A stretch of DNA of 64,000 bases from Candidatus Latescibacterota bacterium (GTDB lineage: Bacteria; Latescibacterota; UBA2968; UBA8231). Both the position numbers and the translations under genes were made by a program. The stretch is taken from positions 2,592,001 through 2,656,000 of the forward strand of contig CBDETY010000003.1 in NCBI GenBank assembly GCA_965243025.1. Direction: 5' to 3'. The notes beneath the pieces are model-generated. The model was not told the DNA's origin and did not search any database. It worked only from the letters and a program-made list of their open reading frames with translations. Numbering within the stretch: the first letter of the stretch is position 1; each line of letters begins with the position of its first letter. Below are positions 61,516 through 64,000 of this stretch, piece by piece.

Positions 61516-64000
61516 TCGAGTCCGGCGTAAATGGTGAAAAAGCTCATGGTCTCCGTCTCCCCCTCCCACTCCCGGGCGAAGACGATGTCCGGATCCGTCC
61601 GGGCCAGCTCGATGAGTTCTGTCGAGAGGCGCGTGATTCGGACGCCAAGCTGAGTGGTCAGACGATAGCCGAGATACCCGGACCGGTTCGACATCTGAAC
61701 GCCAAACACGGCCGAGCGGAGATCCCCGGTTTCACCGGCCAGGCGCTGTTCGATCATGGCCTCTTCGTCCACGGTGCGTTCCGCGAAGCGGGCCAGCTCG
61801 ATCCCGGCGGCGATTTCACTGCGCCTGAGAAACGGCAAGCGGGCCATCAGCGTGAACAGGCCCTGCCAGTGGTGCCGATCGTCGTCCTCGGCTGCGAAGG
61901 CCTCCTGATACAGGAACTCGCTCTTCAGCTTCGGGTACAGACTCAATCCCGCCGCATCGAGACGGTATTCGACCTTGTTGACGAGCCCGAAGAAGGTGGT
62001 CACCTCGTCGAGCGGCCGGCCGTCGATGTCGCGGGCGCCCTTCTCCTGGTTGTAGAATTCGTGCTTGAGCTTGTTGATGATTTTCAGTCGCGGGACCCCT
62101 GCGTAATCGAAGCCGACCCAGCCCGTGTTGATCCACGTATCGGGCGCCGGCAGGATGTCCGGTACGAGGGGCTGCAGCGGCGCAGCCCTGAAGAGCGCCG
62201 ACGCCCTGCGGTCGTCGGGGATGCTGTCCGAAACCCTCCTGAGCATGTCGAAGACCCGCACCCGTCCGAGGCCGGCGTATTCCCTGTCGATGGTGAACAG
62301 GGCGTAGGTGCCCGTGTTCCGGCGCTCGTCGGAGAACATCTCCTCCTCGATTCGGCCCAGGAACAGCCGGGACTCCGGCGTCAGATGAATTCCCCCGAAG
62401 ATGTTATAGCCCCGTCGGTCTGCTTTGTACGGGTAATCGGGTAAGTCATCGTCCTCGAATCGATCGATCCAGGCATTGTTGTTCAAATCGATGCCGAAGA
62501 GAAACTCCGGGCGGTCCACATCGTGACGCAGAAACGGCTCGTCGTAGTCGGGAATCCTGTTCGGAATGGCGCCGGAATCGTTCTGGTTGAAATCAGAGAT
62601 GAAGTCCCAGTTCTCGTCCCAGCCCGGGTAGACCTGCGTATCGGTCGTACCACCGCCCGCCCTCGACCAGTCCGCCCGGCGATCGTTGTCGTCGTTGTCG
62701 TCGACGAATTCGTAGAGCACGCTGACGGGCTGATCGTACTTGAAGTCCCCCTGATTGTCGGAGACGAACGCGCTCGTCGAGTAGTCCTCGTCGATAGAGT
62801 AGAGCTCCGCGAAGGCAAAGTAAGGGTAGTCCTGCCTGGAGATCGTCAGCAGCGAGGCCTCGGCGCTGCGGGACGAGATTTCGTGCCCTTTGTTGGCGCT
62901 GAAGCGAAAGGTGTTGGGATACTGCGAATAGCGCACATTCCGATCCCACTCGCCGTAGAAGTCGAAGCCGAACAAGTCCGTGGCCTCGACCGTGAACCCA
63001 CCCACCAGGTTCGCCGTGGGCAGACCGTAGTGGAAACTCACCACCTGAACATTGGTAAGGTGCACAACGTTGCCCCGCGCCCGCTCGATGGTAAACAGAA
63101 CGGGCTCCTCCTGGTCGATGAGGGCACCGGTCAGCGGCGGCTGGGGCACGTCCTTCTCCCCGCCGGTGCCGGTCTGCCGGTTCGACCACATCTGGATCCG
63201 GTAGTCGTTGGCCAGCACGTATTCGAACTCGACCTCGATGATGTTGCTGGCGTCGATCCGGGTGCCGTCTTCTCGCAGAAGTTGGAAGGCGGGATCGGTG
63301 AAGTCGTAGTTCAGGACTATGCGCTCGGCGCCGTCGGCGGCGAGATAGCCCTCCCGGTCGAACCCCCCGACCACGGCCGGCCACTCCGTTCCCGGCCGCA
63401 CCACCTCGGCGAGGGTGTGAACCGTCTCCTGCCCCGTGTCGAAGTCCTTGACGGTGATCTGTACGTCGTGGCCAAACAGAGCCGCGCCACCCTCCCCATC
63501 CTCGGGACTGTCATCGCTCAGGACGATGGCGATCGCCGTCACCGGCGTCCCGCTCTGACCGAGCGTGAGGCTGCCGGCAATCGGGTCGCCCCTCTCGAGG
63601 GCGGTGTTGCCGTTGCGGGCATCGACCAGGGTGCCGCCCAGGGTGATGTGATCTCCGACCTGGACCGTGGCCCTGCCGCCCACGAGGCTCGTGATGTTTC
63701 GCCGTCTCAGAGGCGAGGTCGTGGCAAAAGGGGCCGGGTCGCTGATGCGCGAGGCCAGAATCGTCGCCGCATACCGGTCCGACGCGAAATCGATCTGGAC
63801 CCCGTTGAAATCCGGTTTCGAGAAGGTCATGGGCGTGAGTGTGGTGCGCAGCTGGGTGCCCACCGTGACGGCATAGCCGTACTGCCCTTGCGAATCGCCG
63901 CTCACCGTGAGGTTGGTAAAGAAGCTGCCGAAATTCCTGCCCTTGAAAATACCGCTGCCATCTGAGGAGGGCCGTTGCTGCCGCCAGTCGTAGATCAGCC
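61512..64000 (-). CDS. Large hypothetical protein, paralog C (5' end outside window)
   Basis: Frame is open to the window edge (LIYDWRQQRPSS...NLTVSGDSQ); very similar to paralog A. Confidence 0.85.
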   Translation of the reverse strand, partial: LIYDWRQQRPSSDGSGIFKGRNFGSFFTNLTVSGDSQGQYGYAVTVGTQLRTTLTPMTFSKPDFNGVQIDFASDRYAATILASRISDPAPFATTSPLRRRNITSLVGGRATVQVGDHITLGGTLVDARNGNTALERGDPIAGSLTLGQSGTPVTAIAIVLSDDSPEDGEGGAALFGHDVQITVKDFDTGQETVHTLAEVVRPGTEWPAVVGGFDREGYLAADGAERIVLNYDFTDPAFQLLREDGTRIDASNIIEVEFEYVLANDYRIQMWSNRQTGTGGEKDVPQPPLTGALIDQEEPVLFTIERARGNVVHLTNVQVVSFHYGLPTANLVGGFTVEATDLFGFDFYGEWDRNVRYSQYPNTFRFSANKGHEISSRSAEASLLTISRQDYPYFAFAELYSIDEDYSTSAFVSDNQGDFKYDQPVSVLYEFVDDNDDNDRRADWSRAGGGTTDTQVYPGWDENWDFISDFNQNDSGAIPNRIPDYDEPFLRHDVDRPEFLFGIDLNNNAWIDRFEDDDLPDYPYKADRRGYNIFGGIHLTPESRLFLGRIEEEMFSDERRNTGTYALFTIDREYAGLGRVRVFDMLRRVSDSIPDDRRASALFRAAPLQPLVPDILPAPDTWINTGWVGFDYAGVPRLKIINKLKHEFYNQEKGARDIDGRPLDEVTTFFGLVNKVEYRLDAAGLSLYPKLKSEFLYQEAFAAEDDDRHHWQGLFTLMARLPFLRRSEIAAGIELARFAERTVDEEAMIEQRLAGETGDLRSAVFGVQMSNRSGYLGYRLTTQLGVRITRLSTELIELARTDPDIVFAREWEGETETMSFFTIYAGLE

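Noticed and set aside
51780-62720. Recurring GTCGTCGTTGTCGTCGACG-type sequences as a possible repeat array or CRISPR
   Set aside because: They are codons for the conserved VDDNDD motifs of the three paralogs; there is no regular repeat-spacer period and no cas gene.
1-64000. tRNA, rRNA, integrase or prophage genes
   Set aside because: No cloverleaf/T-loop pattern in intergenic gaps and no ORF with recombinase or phage motifs was seen.

Overview
High-GC diderm bacterial DNA (LptE, DsbD and signal peptides are present). The paralogous DUF6785/DUF6784-like membrane proteins and FlgD-Ig-tailed secreted proteins suggest an FCB-group lineage such as Ca. Latescibacterota; this assignment is inference only. 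Bases 1-34185 are dense core-type genes: dsbD (partial), an enolase-superfamily dehydratase, aroA, an epimerase, rarA, cvpA, a HEAT-repeat lipoprotein, an SSS symporter, an NhaC-family transporter preceded by a tandem candidate Na+/Li+ riboswitch, lptE, M23 and S41 peptidases, lipA, a kinase and a GHL10 hydrolase. This half also holds a FadR-family regulator divergent from a 10-gene corrinoid/folate methyl-transfer operon (split methionine synthase modules plus MtaA-like, RACo and MetF-MetV genes) that ends in mnmG. After mnmG the sequence becomes a mosaic accessory region with gene remnants, a DUF6785-type transporter and catabolic enzymes (dehydratase, sialidase-like, C45 hydrolase, sulfatase). 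An ~18 kb minus-strand cluster follows: three paralogous ~950-aa secreted, probably beta-barrel proteins with conserved Asp/Asn-rich motifs, a SurA-like PPIase, a fused MFS/spermidine-synthase protein, and two discoidin-like proteins ending in a T9SS-CTD/FlgD-like 'TPNGDG' domain. This cluster is the best candidate for an undescribed envelope secretion/uptake system. One MITE with 18-bp terminal inverted repeats is present. No rRNA, tRNA or CRISPR array was seen.
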